Shown: positions 8,723 through 18,031 of the stretch, piece after piece
Numbering within the stretch: position 1 is the stretch's first letter
Layout of the letters: every line of letters begins with the position of its first letter
Translations under genes and position numbers: made by a program
Notes under the pieces: generated by a model
The model's input: the letters and a program-made list of their open reading frames with translations, nothing else
Databases searched by the model: none
Told to the model about the DNA's origin: nothing
Assembly: GCA_037138355.1 (NCBI GenBank)
Contig: JBAXIL010000025.1
Coordinates: forward strand, 1-25,424
Reading direction: 5' to 3'
Origin: a bacterium
Lineage (GTDB): Bacteria; Oederibacteriota; PGYV01; Palsa-1178
Length of the DNA: 25,424 bases

Positions 8723-8799
8723 GGGCCCATAGCTCAGTCGGTTAGAGCAGCAGACTCATAATCTGTTGGCCGAAGGTTCAAGTCCTTCTGGGCCCACCA
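8723..8799 (+). tRNA. tRNA with CAT anticodon, most likely tRNA-Ile2 (lysidine-modified, reads AUA)
   Basis: GGGCCCA/TGGGCCC acceptor stem, D arm, GCAGA-CTCATAA-TCTGT anticodon arm, GGTTCAAGTCC T arm, encoded CCA; C4-G69/C5-G68 pairs typical of Ile2; no initiator C1-A72 mismatch. Confidence 0.93.
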
Positions 8800-8938
8800 A
8801 ATTACTATATTTAGTCAAACATCACAATAACCCCATATATTTAGCTATTTTTGACTTCAAAAACACTTATATCCACAATTTAAGCTAATTTGATTTATAT
8901 CCATTATTAGTGATTGTTCAATAGTGTCTAAACATCGG

Positions 8939-10015
8939 TTACTTGATTAAAGGATATATTTCCTCAAGTTTTACATTGTTAAGCTTTATAGTATCTAAAA
9001 ATTTTTCAATTTCTGCTTTATCAGTCATAATTTCAGGTCTAAAGTCCTGCAAATATACAGGCTCTATTTTGACTTCTTTAATTTTTTTATTCTCTACTTT
9101 AACTTTTACAAAAGCACTGGACTTGCTTTGATCATCTCTCATATCAAAAATAAAATTTCCAAGCCCATAAAAAATATAATGTCCATTATATTTTTCAATA
9201 TCCTGAAAAATATGTGTGTGAGAACCTATAACCATATCTACACCTAAATTTATTATCCCGTGGCCTAATGTTCTCTGCCTTTTCTGAACTTCTCTTCCTT
9301 CAATTCCCCAATGCATATAAACTATAAGTATGTCAACTTTTGGCCTTGCATTTTTAACATCTCTTTTGATTACTTTATAAGTGCCAGGTATAGTTCCATA
9401 TTTTGTAAAACTTGACGCAGAGTTTTTCCCTGAAACTCTTGAGTAACATAAAAATCCAACTTTGACTCCATTGTAATCAATAATTATTGGTTCATTCGGT
9501 AAACTCAAATCACCTATTTTTATCCCACCATACTTAATACCCTGACGGTCAAGGATTTCCATAGTCTGTATTACTCCATCTTGTCCATAGTCAAGTGCGT
9601 GATTGTTTGCCAAAGATAAAACATTAAATCCTGCAACCTTAAATCCTTTAGCTATACTTTCTTCAGCATAAAGGTATATGGTTTTATTACCGTTCTTTTT
9701 CAATGTGTTTATATTATTTTCATAAATAAATGGTGCCTCAAGATTACAAAAGATTATAGGATATTTTTTTATGCTGTCTGCGATACCCGTAAATGGATAA
9801 TTTACACCACTCTTTTCTATCAAAGGTTCAAGTCTTCTTCCTAACATAACATCTCCAGCTAAAATCATATCCACTGTTCCTAAAGTGCCAGTTGCTTTTA
9901 ATGCTTCATCATTAACTTCTATAGTAGAGCTACCTCTTGTTCCCAGTTTCACTTGGGCAGTAGTACAACCCTGAACAATCAGTATTACTAAACAAAATAT
10001 AGTGATATTTTTCAT
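8939..10015 (-). CDS. CapA/PgsA-family metallophosphoesterase-like protein, possible lipoprotein
   Basis: AGDVMLGR, NLEAP, SLANNHALDYG, HWG.E, GSHTH, YGLGNFIFD; signal peptide ending VQGC. Confidence 0.9.
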   Translation of the reverse strand: MKNITIFCLVILIVQGCTTAQVKLGTRGSSTIEVNDEALKATGTLGTVDMILAGDVMLGRRLEPLIEKSGVNYPFTGIADSIKKYPIIFCNLEAPFIYENNINTLKKNGNKTIYLYAEESIAKGFKVAGFNVLSLANNHALDYGQDGVIQTMEILDRQGIKYGGIKIGDLSLPNEPIIIDYNGVKVGFLCYSRVSGKNSASSFTKYGTIPGTYKVIKRDVKNARPKVDILIVYMHWGIEGREVQKRQRTLGHGIINLGVDMVIGSHTHIFQDIEKYNGHYIFYGLGNFIFDMRDDQSKSSAFVKVKVENKKIKEVKIEPVYLQDFRPEIMTDKAEIEKFLDTIKLNNVKLEEIYPLIK

Positions 10016-12195
10016 TTGCCAAATATATTTTTCATTAGATTTTTTGCTTTATCTTCTAAATATTTTTTACCTTCAGTTTCTACTTTTTTACCTATATTTC
10101 TTTTTATGTTTTCAATCATTCTTGGCTGATTATAATCATAATTTTTATCAGTTAAGGTGCCAGCTACAATAAAATCAAAAGGTAACCAACCATCTTTATT
10201 ATACGCAAAGCTTGCATCTTTTATACTTAATGATCTGGCAACTTGATTTTCTATATCTTTACTAATTTTTGGAGAAAAATCCATATTGACCTTGAAATAC
10301 AAAGCCATATCCATGGTTGCCCATCCTGCAGCATTTATTCGCATATCACCTTCATTTGCTTTTACACCATTATATATCTGCAACCTTCTCACATTTATTT
10401 TTCCTTTTGCCATATCAAAATCAGATAACAAATATTGAAAAGGTATATCCTTTCCCAAGAAGTCAGCACCGAGCTTGTCCGCTAAATCTTTACCTATTTC
10501 CAAAGACGATAGCTTTCCGTCGGTTAATTTTATATTTCCTTTACCATTTATTGTCTGCGGTATATTTTTAAATGTTGCACCATTAAAATTACTTGTCATA
10601 TTCAGATTGCCAAAGACTTTATTTTTCAAACCATCTAACAAATTTGTCTTATCTGTAGCTTTTCTCGGCATAACAGCTATAGAATCATTGATAAACTTTT
10701 GAATTTTCACATTATTCACATTTGTATCAACATTATATGACTGTTTATTTAGGTCTGCCTTCACATTTAGTTTAATGTTTCCTTCGTAAGCATTCATTAG
10801 CGCTTCTAAATCAAACTTTCCTTTAATAAACCTGATATTTGCCGTGGTCTTTCCAAATGTCATTTCCTTATAATAAACTGAACCTGCCTCCATATTTATG
10901 TACATATCCGGTGCTGTTATCTGTTTGTTTTCAGTTTTACCTTCCTGTAATTTGCTCTGCTTTGCTAAGGCTGTTCCAGTTAGCTTTTTTGGAAACATAG
11001 CAAGCATATATTCCAAAGCCAATTTCGGAGAAGTCAAATTCATTGTTATTTTTCCGCCAGTCATTTGATTTATCCTAGTTCCTTTAATTTTCATTTTGAC
11101 TTCATTACCAGTTAACAACATACTAATATCGCCTGTCATATTGTAATCTGTATCTACTTTGAGGCTTCCACCAAAGTTTTCTACTACTTTTTTATCTTTG
11201 TATAACACACTTCCTTTTTCGCATGAGGTGATATTATCAAAGGCAAGTTTATTAGCTATGAAAGAAAAATTAGCGGTATTGTTTATAGTCATTACCGTAT
11301 TTATATCCTGCATTTTTTTCGCAGTCTCAGGTGGCAGAAGTTCCAACATTTGAGCGACAGTGGCATTTGAATCTATTTTACCTTTTATGTTTGAAAAATT
11401 ACTTATATGAATTGTACCACTTGAGTTTATCTTACCTATCAATACTGACTTTAAGCTAATATCAGCTTCTTTTTTTCCTAAATCGGTTTTAACAGATGCT
11501 TTTGCTATGATTGGTATCTTATATTCATTATATAAGATATTACAACTCAACTTCATATCTATTGGTTTTACAACACTCCATACAGCATCATCTACAGAAA
11601 AATCAAAGTCTTGAATTTTGACTGACATTTTTGTTGGTTTTGAATAATCTTCATATATAAAGTTACCATTCTTCACAACCACACCTGTTACTTTTATATT
11701 TTTAATAAATGATTTGTTTTTCTTTATTTCCACACTGCCTTCTTGATTCACTACATTAGCTTTTTTTTCAGCAACTTTATTTGGATTTTTTTTCTGCATA
11801 TTTTCCATGATATCCGAAAAATTAAAAGCCCCATTTTTTTCTTTTATGATTTTTACATAAGGAGAGTTTAGTTCAAACTTGCTTATTATTAGATTACCAC
11901 TAATGATAGCCAATAAGTTATATTGAATTATTATTTCATTATCTTTTACAAAATCACTTTTCTCATTTTTCTTTGATTCTTTTAAAACAAAATTTGTAAG
12001 TTCTATACCTTTAAATATATTATATTGAAGTTTTTCTATAGAGGCCTCTCTACCTGTGATCCTTGTTATTTCTTCAACCAGCATATTTTTTATTTTTTCA
12101 GCAGGTAACCATAAAGGTACAGAAGCTAAAACAGCGGTTATAAGGATTATTATAACCACAATAAAAATTACAACAAATTTGATTATTTTTTTCAT
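10012..12195 (-). CDS. AsmA family envelope protein
   Basis: N-terminal TM, IK..L...I...TGR, G.FNFSDI motif, beta-rich body, C-terminal LPF...GTL; ATGA overlap with the CapA-like gene. Confidence 0.8.
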   Translation of the reverse strand: MKKIIKFVVIFIVVIIILITAVLASVPLWLPAEKIKNMLVEEITRITGREASIEKLQYNIFKGIELTNFVLKESKKNEKSDFVKDNEIIIQYNLLAIISGNLIISKFELNSPYVKIIKEKNGAFNFSDIMENMQKKNPNKVAEKKANVVNQEGSVEIKKNKSFIKNIKVTGVVVKNGNFIYEDYSKPTKMSVKIQDFDFSVDDAVWSVVKPIDMKLSCNILYNEYKIPIIAKASVKTDLGKKEADISLKSVLIGKINSSGTIHISNFSNIKGKIDSNATVAQMLELLPPETAKKMQDINTVMTINNTANFSFIANKLAFDNITSCEKGSVLYKDKKVVENFGGSLKVDTDYNMTGDISMLLTGNEVKMKIKGTRINQMTGGKITMNLTSPKLALEYMLAMFPKKLTGTALAKQSKLQEGKTENKQITAPDMYINMEAGSVYYKEMTFGKTTANIRFIKGKFDLEALMNAYEGNIKLNVKADLNKQSYNVDTNVNNVKIQKFINDSIAVMPRKATDKTNLLDGLKNKVFGNLNMTSNFNGATFKNIPQTINGKGNIKLTDGKLSSLEIGKDLADKLGADFLGKDIPFQYLLSDFDMAKGKINVRRLQIYNGVKANEGDMRINAAGWATMDMALYFKVNMDFSPKISKDIENQVARSLSIKDASFAYNKDGWLPFDFIVAGTLTDKNYDYNQPRMIENIKRNIGKKVETEGKKYLEDKAKNLMKNIFGK

Positions 12196-12230
12196 AAAAC
12201 ACCCCTTTTATTGATATATTTGTACTCTTA

Positions 12231-12264
12231 CAAAAAATTAAAGCCGCCGTATTACTACGGCGGC
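12231..12264 (-). terminator. Intrinsic terminator after recA
   Basis: Minus strand GCCGCCGTA-GTAA-TACGGCGGC (9-bp stem, GNRA loop) followed by TTTAATTTTTT. Confidence 0.85.
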
Positions 12265-12312
12265 CATAATAATACATCTCTATTTTACTATAAAACAGGG
12301 GTTTTTTCTATT

Positions 12313-13440
12313 TTATTTTTTTTTGCCATGTTTTTTTGTTTCTTTTACTTCTACAGCAGATGTTTCTTTAGTATCTTTAACTTCTTCATCTTCTTCTGTT
12401 TCTGGCATTTCTCCTGGATCCTCTGGTTCGCCTTCTGGCTTTATGGCGCCCACTTCTTTTGAAAAGTATTTTTCCCTTGTTTTTTTATCTATTTCCGCTA
12501 ATACCTTAGGATTTTCTGTGAGATAAGTGACAGCAGAATCTTTCCCCTGTCCTATTTTTATTCCCTCATAGTTATACCAAGTTCCTGATTTTTCTATTAC
12601 ACCATTATCCACTGCCACATCAATAACAGCTGATTCAGGTACTATTCCTCTTCCAAAAATTATTTCAAAAATAGCTTCCCTAAAAGGTGGTGCAACTTTA
12701 TTTTTTACTATTTTTCCTCTTACCCTGTTGCCTACTACGACTTCTCCTTTTTTAATTGCCTCTACTCTTCTTATATCTATTCTGACTGAAGAATAAAACT
12801 TCAGTGCGCGTCCGCCTGGTGTGACTTCTGGATTTCCAAACATAACTCCGATTTTTTCTCTTATCTGATTAATAAATATTACTATTGTTTTTGATTTGCT
12901 AATTATGGCTGTGAGTTTTCTCATTGCCTGAGACATAAGTCTTGCTTGAAGTCCCATATGTGAATCGCCCATTTCGCCTTCGATTTCTGCCTTAGGAACA
13001 AGTGCCGCAACCGAATCAACAACTATAACATCTACGGCTCCACTTCTAACCAGCGTGTCCACGATATCCAAACCCTGCTCTCCTGTATCTGGCTGAGAAA
13101 TAAGAAGATTGTCAACATCGATACCAACTTTTTTTGCATAATCTACATCCATAGCATTTTCAGCATCCACATAAGCCGCGTTTCCGCCGTTCTGCTGACA
13201 CTTCGCTACTATAGACATAGCAAGAGTTGATTTACCTGAAGATTCTGGCCCGAAGATTTCTATTATTCTACCACGAGGTATTCCGCCGCCAAGTGCAAGG
13301 TCAAGTGAAAGCGCGCCTGTGGTAATTGTTTCCACTCTGGTAGCCTGTGCTTTTCCAAGTTTCATGATTGAACCTTTCCCAAACTGTTTCTCGATTTGCT
13401 GTATTGCAAGTTCCAAAGCCTTTTTCCTGTCTTCACTCAT
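12313..13440 (-). CDS. recA: Recombinase RecA
   Basis: [57 protein letters not shown]. Confidence 0.99.
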   Translation of the reverse strand: MSEDRKKALELAIQQIEKQFGKGSIMKLGKAQATRVETITTGALSLDLALGGGIPRGRIIEIFGPESSGKSTLAMSIVAKCQQNGGNAAYVDAENAMDVDYAKKVGIDVDNLLISQPDTGEQGLDIVDTLVRSGAVDVIVVDSVAALVPKAEIEGEMGDSHMGLQARLMSQAMRKLTAIISKSKTIVIFINQIREKIGVMFGNPEVTPGGRALKFYSSVRIDIRRVEAIKKGEVVVGNRVRGKIVKNKVAPPFREAIFEIIFGRGIVPESAVIDVAVDNGVIEKSGTWYNYEGIKIGQGKDSAVTYLTENPKVLAEIDKKTREKYFSKEVGAIKPEGEPEDPGEMPETEEDEEVKDTKETSAVEVKETKKHGKKK

Positions 13441-13472
13441 TTTACTCTCCCTATGTTTTTAAATTTTATTAT

Positions 13473-14093
13473 TTAAGACGGGATAACAGATGTCACTATC
13501 CCCTGTATTATGAAATCTGATGTTACAATGATTGGTCTGTGTTTTACATTTTTTGAATGAGGTTTTAGAAGAATTACACCCTTAGCCCTATGAAACTCTT
13601 TAACCGTAGCTTCATCATTAATAAGGGCTACTACAATATCGCCTTCTTTAGCCGTATTTTGCTGTCTTATCAGTAGTAAATCCCCTTCATTGATTCCCTT
13701 TAAATTCATAGAATCGCCTTTAGCAGCAAGGAAAAAATAGCGATACGGTGCTTTTGCCAGCCTTAAATCCACTGGTATAGTGTCTATAATGTTTTCTTCA
13801 GCAAAAACCGGAGACCCACAAGCCACATCGCCGACCAAAGGTATGTCAATAGTACTAACTCTGCTCTCGTCGCCATCAAAATTATTGATGAGCTGTATAT
13901 TTCCTTTCTTATCCCTCTTTACAGAGCCCTTTTCGATAAGCTGTTCTAAGAGAACCGAAATGGATCTGGGTGACTTATAACCCAAAGCCGCCGTCAAATC
14001 TCTCACAGACGGCGAGTAGCCTTTTGCCATAAGCCAGTTTCTTATCTGTTTTAATGTTTCTGTTTCTCTCGCATTGAGTGTATGTTTTTTCAT
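13473..14093 (-). CDS. lexA: SOS repressor LexA
   Basis: wHTH GYSPSVRDL..LG..S, cleavage loop G.VACG.P, GDSM (Ser), EATVK (Lys); directly upstream of recA. Confidence 0.93.
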   Translation of the reverse strand: MKKHTLNARETETLKQIRNWLMAKGYSPSVRDLTAALGYKSPRSISVLLEQLIEKGSVKRDKKGNIQLINNFDGDESRVSTIDIPLVGDVACGSPVFAEENIIDTIPVDLRLAKAPYRYFFLAAKGDSMNLKGINEGDLLLIRQQNTAKEGDIVVALINDEATVKEFHRAKGVILLKPHSKNVKHRPIIVTSDFIIQGIVTSVIPS

Positions 14094-14099
14094 AACCTA

Positions 14100-14127
14100 A
14101 TTATACAATATGTATACTATTTGTCAA
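14100..14127 (-). promoter_or_regulatory. Consensus sigma70 promoter of lexA-recA overlapped by a palindromic operator candidate
   Basis: TTGACA-N16-TATAAT, 6 nt before ATG; TATACA-ATA-TGTATA at 14102-14116. Confidence 0.8.
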
Positions 14128-14199
14128 GAAGTATTTTTAATTATTTTTGAAGTAAATAATGTTTGGATTTACTTGCAGCTTAAGTTGCTTTACCTTACT

Positions 14200-15057
14200 T
14201 TATTTTTTCTTTTTTAAAAATAGCTCCACAGCTTTTTTTACCATATCATAAGGAGGTCTTTTTTCTGTCCACAAGAAGAAAGCTTCTATGCCCTGATAGA
14301 TGAGCATATCCAAGCCATTAATAATTTTTGCACCTTTTTCTTCCGCGTTTATTAAGAAAGGTGTTTTGGCAGGATTATAAATCAAATCATAAACAACGAC
14401 ACCTTTTTTTAATTTATCTATTTTGTAAGGCACATCTTTTCCATGCATGCCAACCGAAGTACAATTGATAATAAAATCTGCTGCTGCCATAATCTCATCT
14501 TTTTTTTCTGTTTTGATTATATCGCCTGTCACTACTTTTTTTAAGTTCAATTGTTTTACCAAACCATCTATCATAGGCAAATCTATATTATAAATATATA
14601 ATTCCTTTAGCTTAAAACTTTTCAGTGCGTATCCTATACCATGTGCTGCCCCACCCGCACCTATCATTACCACTTTTTTATTTATCAAGTTTACTTTATT
14701 TTTCTTTAAGGACTCTATGAAACCTATATAGTCAGTGTTGTAACCTATTATTTCACCATTATTATTTACTACTGTATTGACTGCCCCTATGGACTCTGCG
14801 GCTTTGTCTAATTTATCCATAAACTGCATAACAAATTGTTTGTGCGGGATTGTGACATTAATACCTTTTATGCCTGTTTTCCTGAGCTTCCACATAAAAT
14901 CTCTTACCGACTCAGTTTTTATTTCAAAAACCTTATATTCCCAATTCATTTTAAATTTGTTGAAAGAATTATTATGCATAGCCGGCGAAAGTGTATGAGC
15001 TAAAGGAAATCCTATAATTCCTGTTTGCACTTTTTTATTAATTTTCATTTTTTTCAT
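14200..15057 (-). CDS. aroE: Shikimate dehydrogenase
   Basis: G.PLAHTLSPAMHN, NVTIPHK, IGAVNT, GYNTDYIG, GAGGAA, DLIYNP, GLDMLIYQG. Confidence 0.96.
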   Translation of the reverse strand: MKKMKINKKVQTGIIGFPLAHTLSPAMHNNSFNKFKMNWEYKVFEIKTESVRDFMWKLRKTGIKGINVTIPHKQFVMQFMDKLDKAAESIGAVNTVVNNNGEIIGYNTDYIGFIESLKKNKVNLINKKVVMIGAGGAAHGIGYALKSFKLKELYIYNIDLPMIDGLVKQLNLKKVVTGDIIKTEKKDEIMAAADFIINCTSVGMHGKDVPYKIDKLKKGVVVYDLIYNPAKTPFLINAEEKGAKIINGLDMLIYQGIEAFFLWTEKRPPYDMVKKAVELFLKKKK

Positions 15058-15092
15058 ACAACTCCCTATTTACATTTTTATAATTAATTATA

Positions 15093-16415
15093 TCACTTAC
15101 CAGCAAGTGTCATATCCTTCACGACTAATGTCGGAGAACCAAAATTTAAATAATATTTAAAATCATTTCCTATAGCCGATATGTTTGAAAGAAAGTTTTT
15201 TACATTTCCTGTTATCAGTACTTCTTTTACTGCCTGTTTTTTCTCACCATTTTCAAAAAGCCATCCATTAATACCGAGAGAAAAATTTCCAGAAACTGTG
15301 TCTGTCATATGAAGCCCCATCATAGAGTTCACATATATACCTTTTTCTTTTTTTAAGAGCTCCTGTGTTATTTGTTTTCCTACTTCTATATAAAAATTAG
15401 AACAACCTGCTTCAGGTATATTTTTATATGACTGCCTCAACCCATTTCCTGTACTTTTTATATTGTAGTGAGCCGCACTTAGCTTATCATAAATAAACGA
15501 ATTGAATTTTCCTTCCTTTATCATATGCTTTGCCTGTGCTTTTACCCCTTCACCATCCACAGGAAAGCTGCCTGGACTATTATTTAACAAAGCATTATCC
15601 ATTATGTTTAAAAAAGCAGGTCCTATATGGTCACCTTGTTTAAAACCTGCAAGCAGTGTCTTACCTTTACGCAAATTCGCCGCAGAAAACATAGGTGCAA
15701 TTACCTGCAAAAACTCACAAGCCACATGTGGAGGTATTATTAAATTATATGTTCCTGACTTTACTGTTTCGCCATTTAGCAGGGCTGCCGCACTTTTTCC
15801 GGCATACGCTCCTAATGCCTGTGATTCTATTTTATCCCATATAGTATTGCCTTCCATAGCATCCACCGCTTCATCTAAACCTTTATCAGAAGCAATTGCT
15901 GTTGTAAATGCGTATGAATATGTCTTACCATATATATAGGAAGCACCAGAGGTGTTTAAGTAGTGTATTTGCATTTTTTGATCCACACAGGTAGTATCTC
16001 TGGCATATTTTACTCTCGAATCTGCTGAAATCACAGCTGCTTCTATATCAAGTGCCCTTTTTTTACGCTGATTTATGGTTATCTTGTCAAAATTCAAATC
16101 TGAGATTATAATATCTTCTACTTTATGCTGTGGTTCTGGTTTATATCCAGCAAAGCCTTCTATATATATAGCGGCTACTACCTTATCAATAAGTTTATCT
16201 ACCATATTTGCATCTTTAAGCGTTGTAAATCCAAAACCCATTTTAGAATCTTTAAAAACCCTTATGCCCACACCGAAAGAATCGGCTTCCACTACTTTGT
16301 CTATCGTATTATCATTAGCAGAAATTTCTATTTTTTTATTTTCTTCTATATATATATCAGCCTCAAGCTTATGTTTGGCAATAGCTGATAAAAACTTTTG
16401 TTTTAATTTTTCCAA
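15093..16415 (-). CDS. pmbA: TldE/PmbA family protein
   Basis: GVGIRV...KMGF, DGEG, STGNG, SGNFSLG, FGSPTL; no HExxH so PmbA rather than TldD; TTG start with SD AAGGA, overlaps the rsmE end. Confidence 0.88.
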   Translation of the reverse strand: MEKLKQKFLSAIAKHKLEADIYIEENKKIEISANDNTIDKVVEADSFGVGIRVFKDSKMGFGFTTLKDANMVDKLIDKVVAAIYIEGFAGYKPEPQHKVEDIIISDLNFDKITINQRKKRALDIEAAVISADSRVKYARDTTCVDQKMQIHYLNTSGASYIYGKTYSYAFTTAIASDKGLDEAVDAMEGNTIWDKIESQALGAYAGKSAAALLNGETVKSGTYNLIIPPHVACEFLQVIAPMFSAANLRKGKTLLAGFKQGDHIGPAFLNIMDNALLNNSPGSFPVDGEGVKAQAKHMIKEGKFNSFIYDKLSAAHYNIKSTGNGLRQSYKNIPEAGCSNFYIEVGKQITQELLKKEKGIYVNSMMGLHMTDTVSGNFSLGINGWLFENGEKKQAVKEVLITGNVKNFLSNISAIGNDFKYYLNFGSPTLVVKDMTLAGK

Positions 16416-17149
16416 GTGCTTTTCCTTAATGCCTGTACTAAAACGGTCCCAGCTGCTATTGATGCTGTTTCCGCGCGTAGTATAGTGTCTCCTATAGAAA
16501 CAGGCATAAAACCTTTTTTTATTATTTCTTCTGCTTCTTTCGCATCAAACCCACCTTCAGGGCCTATAATAAAACACGCATCAGCCCCAGGTGTAAGCTT
16601 TACGGCTTCGTCTATTAAAAAATGTTTATCTTCTTTTTCATATATAAAAAACTTTGTTGTGCCTTCTTCTATATTTATATTTTTCACACCATCCACTACT
16701 GTCATTAATTGTGGAGTGGATAATCTACCGCACTGTTTTACTGCAGCATATATAATGGCTTCCCAGCGTTTTTCTTTTTTACCTTCATCTTTTATTTTTA
16801 TGACTGTTCTATTTGTAATCAGTGGTATTATTCTGTCTATACCAAGCTCCGTTAATTTTTCAAGCGTCATTTCCATTTTATCTTTTTTTATAAGAGCTAC
16901 TATAGCAGTAATTTTTGAAGCTTTTTTTTCTCTCGCCCTTATCATTTCTACGGCCATAACTTCCATAGTTCTTTCATTCAAATCAATCAATTTTATTATG
17001 GCTTTGTGTTCTCCGTGCTCATAGTTGAAAATTACTATTTCATTTCCTTCTTTTAACCGAAGCACTTTTATGGCATGCTCAAAATCATCACCTTGTATGC
17101 TTGCTTTATGGTCTGTTATTTTATTGACAAAAAAACGATGTGCGCTCAT
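16403..17149 (-). CDS. rsmE: 16S rRNA m3U1498 methyltransferase
   Basis: H..KVLRL..G, KLTELG, KQCGR, IGPEGGF, ILRAETA; start is ATG 17149 (SD AGGA) or 17161. Confidence 0.95.
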   Translation of the reverse strand: MSAHRFFVNKITDHKASIQGDDFEHAIKVLRLKEGNEIVIFNYEHGEHKAIIKLIDLNERTMEVMAVEMIRAREKKASKITAIVALIKKDKMEMTLEKLTELGIDRIIPLITNRTVIKIKDEGKKEKRWEAIIYAAVKQCGRLSTPQLMTVVDGVKNINIEEGTTKFFIYEKEDKHFLIDEAVKLTPGADACFIIGPEGGFDAKEAEEIIKKGFMPVSIGDTILRAETASIAAGTVLVQALRKSTWKN

Positions 17150-17182
17150 TTTTCCTACCATATCTTTTTATATTTTATTTGT

Positions 17183-18031
17183 TTAAGGTCCGAAATATTT
17201 TATTGTATTGCCTACTCCAAATAACACATAATCCCCATATATATCACAAATAGCAGGAGCTATTATCTTTCCAGCACCTTCTCCAAAATTAGCAAATGTT
17301 TTTATGAACACACCAGTATTATAATTATACTGTTGTACGCCTGTCCCTGTTGGCACATAAAGATTATTACCTTTTATTCCAAAACCTTTTATTTCTTCAA
17401 TAAAAGCTATTTCACGCTTATACCCCAAATTCAGGTCGCAAATTGTAATTTTTTTTGTTCCAGAATCAGCAATAGCCACATCATTAGTATCAGAATTATA
17501 TTTAATTTCTGAAATACTAATAAACCCACCTTTTGATAGTGCTGTAATACTATTAGCGGCTATATCAAATACAATAACCGTAGTATCCGTAGCAGCGTAT
17601 AGATATGTAGCTGATACCGCGCATTTTATAAAATTATAAGTAGAAGAATAATCAGGTAGCTGTACTTCGGCCACATTTGAAACATATGAAGCATTATATT
17701 TTATTATTTTATTGTCTGCCGCAAAAATATAAGTTCCATTAGAACAAATTCCTGTAGGTGCTACGAATCTTGGATCTGAGAGAGTGTAATCAAGATTACC
17801 ACTAATATCATATTTGTAAATTTTTTTATTTTGACTGTCCACGCACCATATTATAGTTCCATTAACTTCAAAATCATCAAGCTTTGAAAATTCACCAATA
17901 ACACCGAGATAGTGCATTCCTATGTAATTAGTTCCCGAAGGGTCCGTAGGATTGGTTTTATTCAAAGCCGTACACCCAGAAAATACAACCGCAATAATAA
18001 TAATTAAAAGTGTGTTTTTTATGTTTACCAT
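17183..18031 (-). CDS. Lipoprotein with probable beta-propeller (NHL-like) repeats
   Basis: Lipobox FSGC, NPTDP, repeated motifs (PTGI, IFAADNKI, IADSG..KI, G.GAG.I..P). Confidence 0.7.
   Translation of the reverse strand: MVNIKNTLLIIIIAVVFSGCTALNKTNPTDPSGTNYIGMHYLGVIGEFSKLDDFEVNGTIIWCVDSQNKKIYKYDISGNLDYTLSDPRFVAPTGICSNGTYIFAADNKIIKYNASYVSNVAEVQLPDYSSTYNFIKCAVSATYLYAATDTTVIVFDIAANSITALSKGGFISISEIKYNSDTNDVAIADSGTKKITICDLNLGYKREIAFIEEIKGFGIKGNNLYVPTGTGVQQYNYNTGVFIKTFANFGEGAGKIIAPAICDIYGDYVLFGVGNTIKYFGP

Noticed and set aside
8710..8877. DnaA-box-like CTGTCCACA and ATATCCACA flanking the tRNA
   Set aside because: Mismatched and isolated; compatible with chance.
8800..8938. tRNA 3' end as an integration site or island boundary
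   Set aside because: No integrase and no duplicated tRNA 3' end seen in the window; flanking genes are housekeeping or envelope genes.
8939..10015. Poly-gamma-glutamate capsule locus
   Set aside because: Only a CapA-family gene is present, with no capB/capC; stand-alone CapA homologs are common.
15093..16415. pmbA as a sign of a microcin/RiPP cluster
   Set aside because: No tldD, precursor or modification enzymes nearby; the context is housekeeping.
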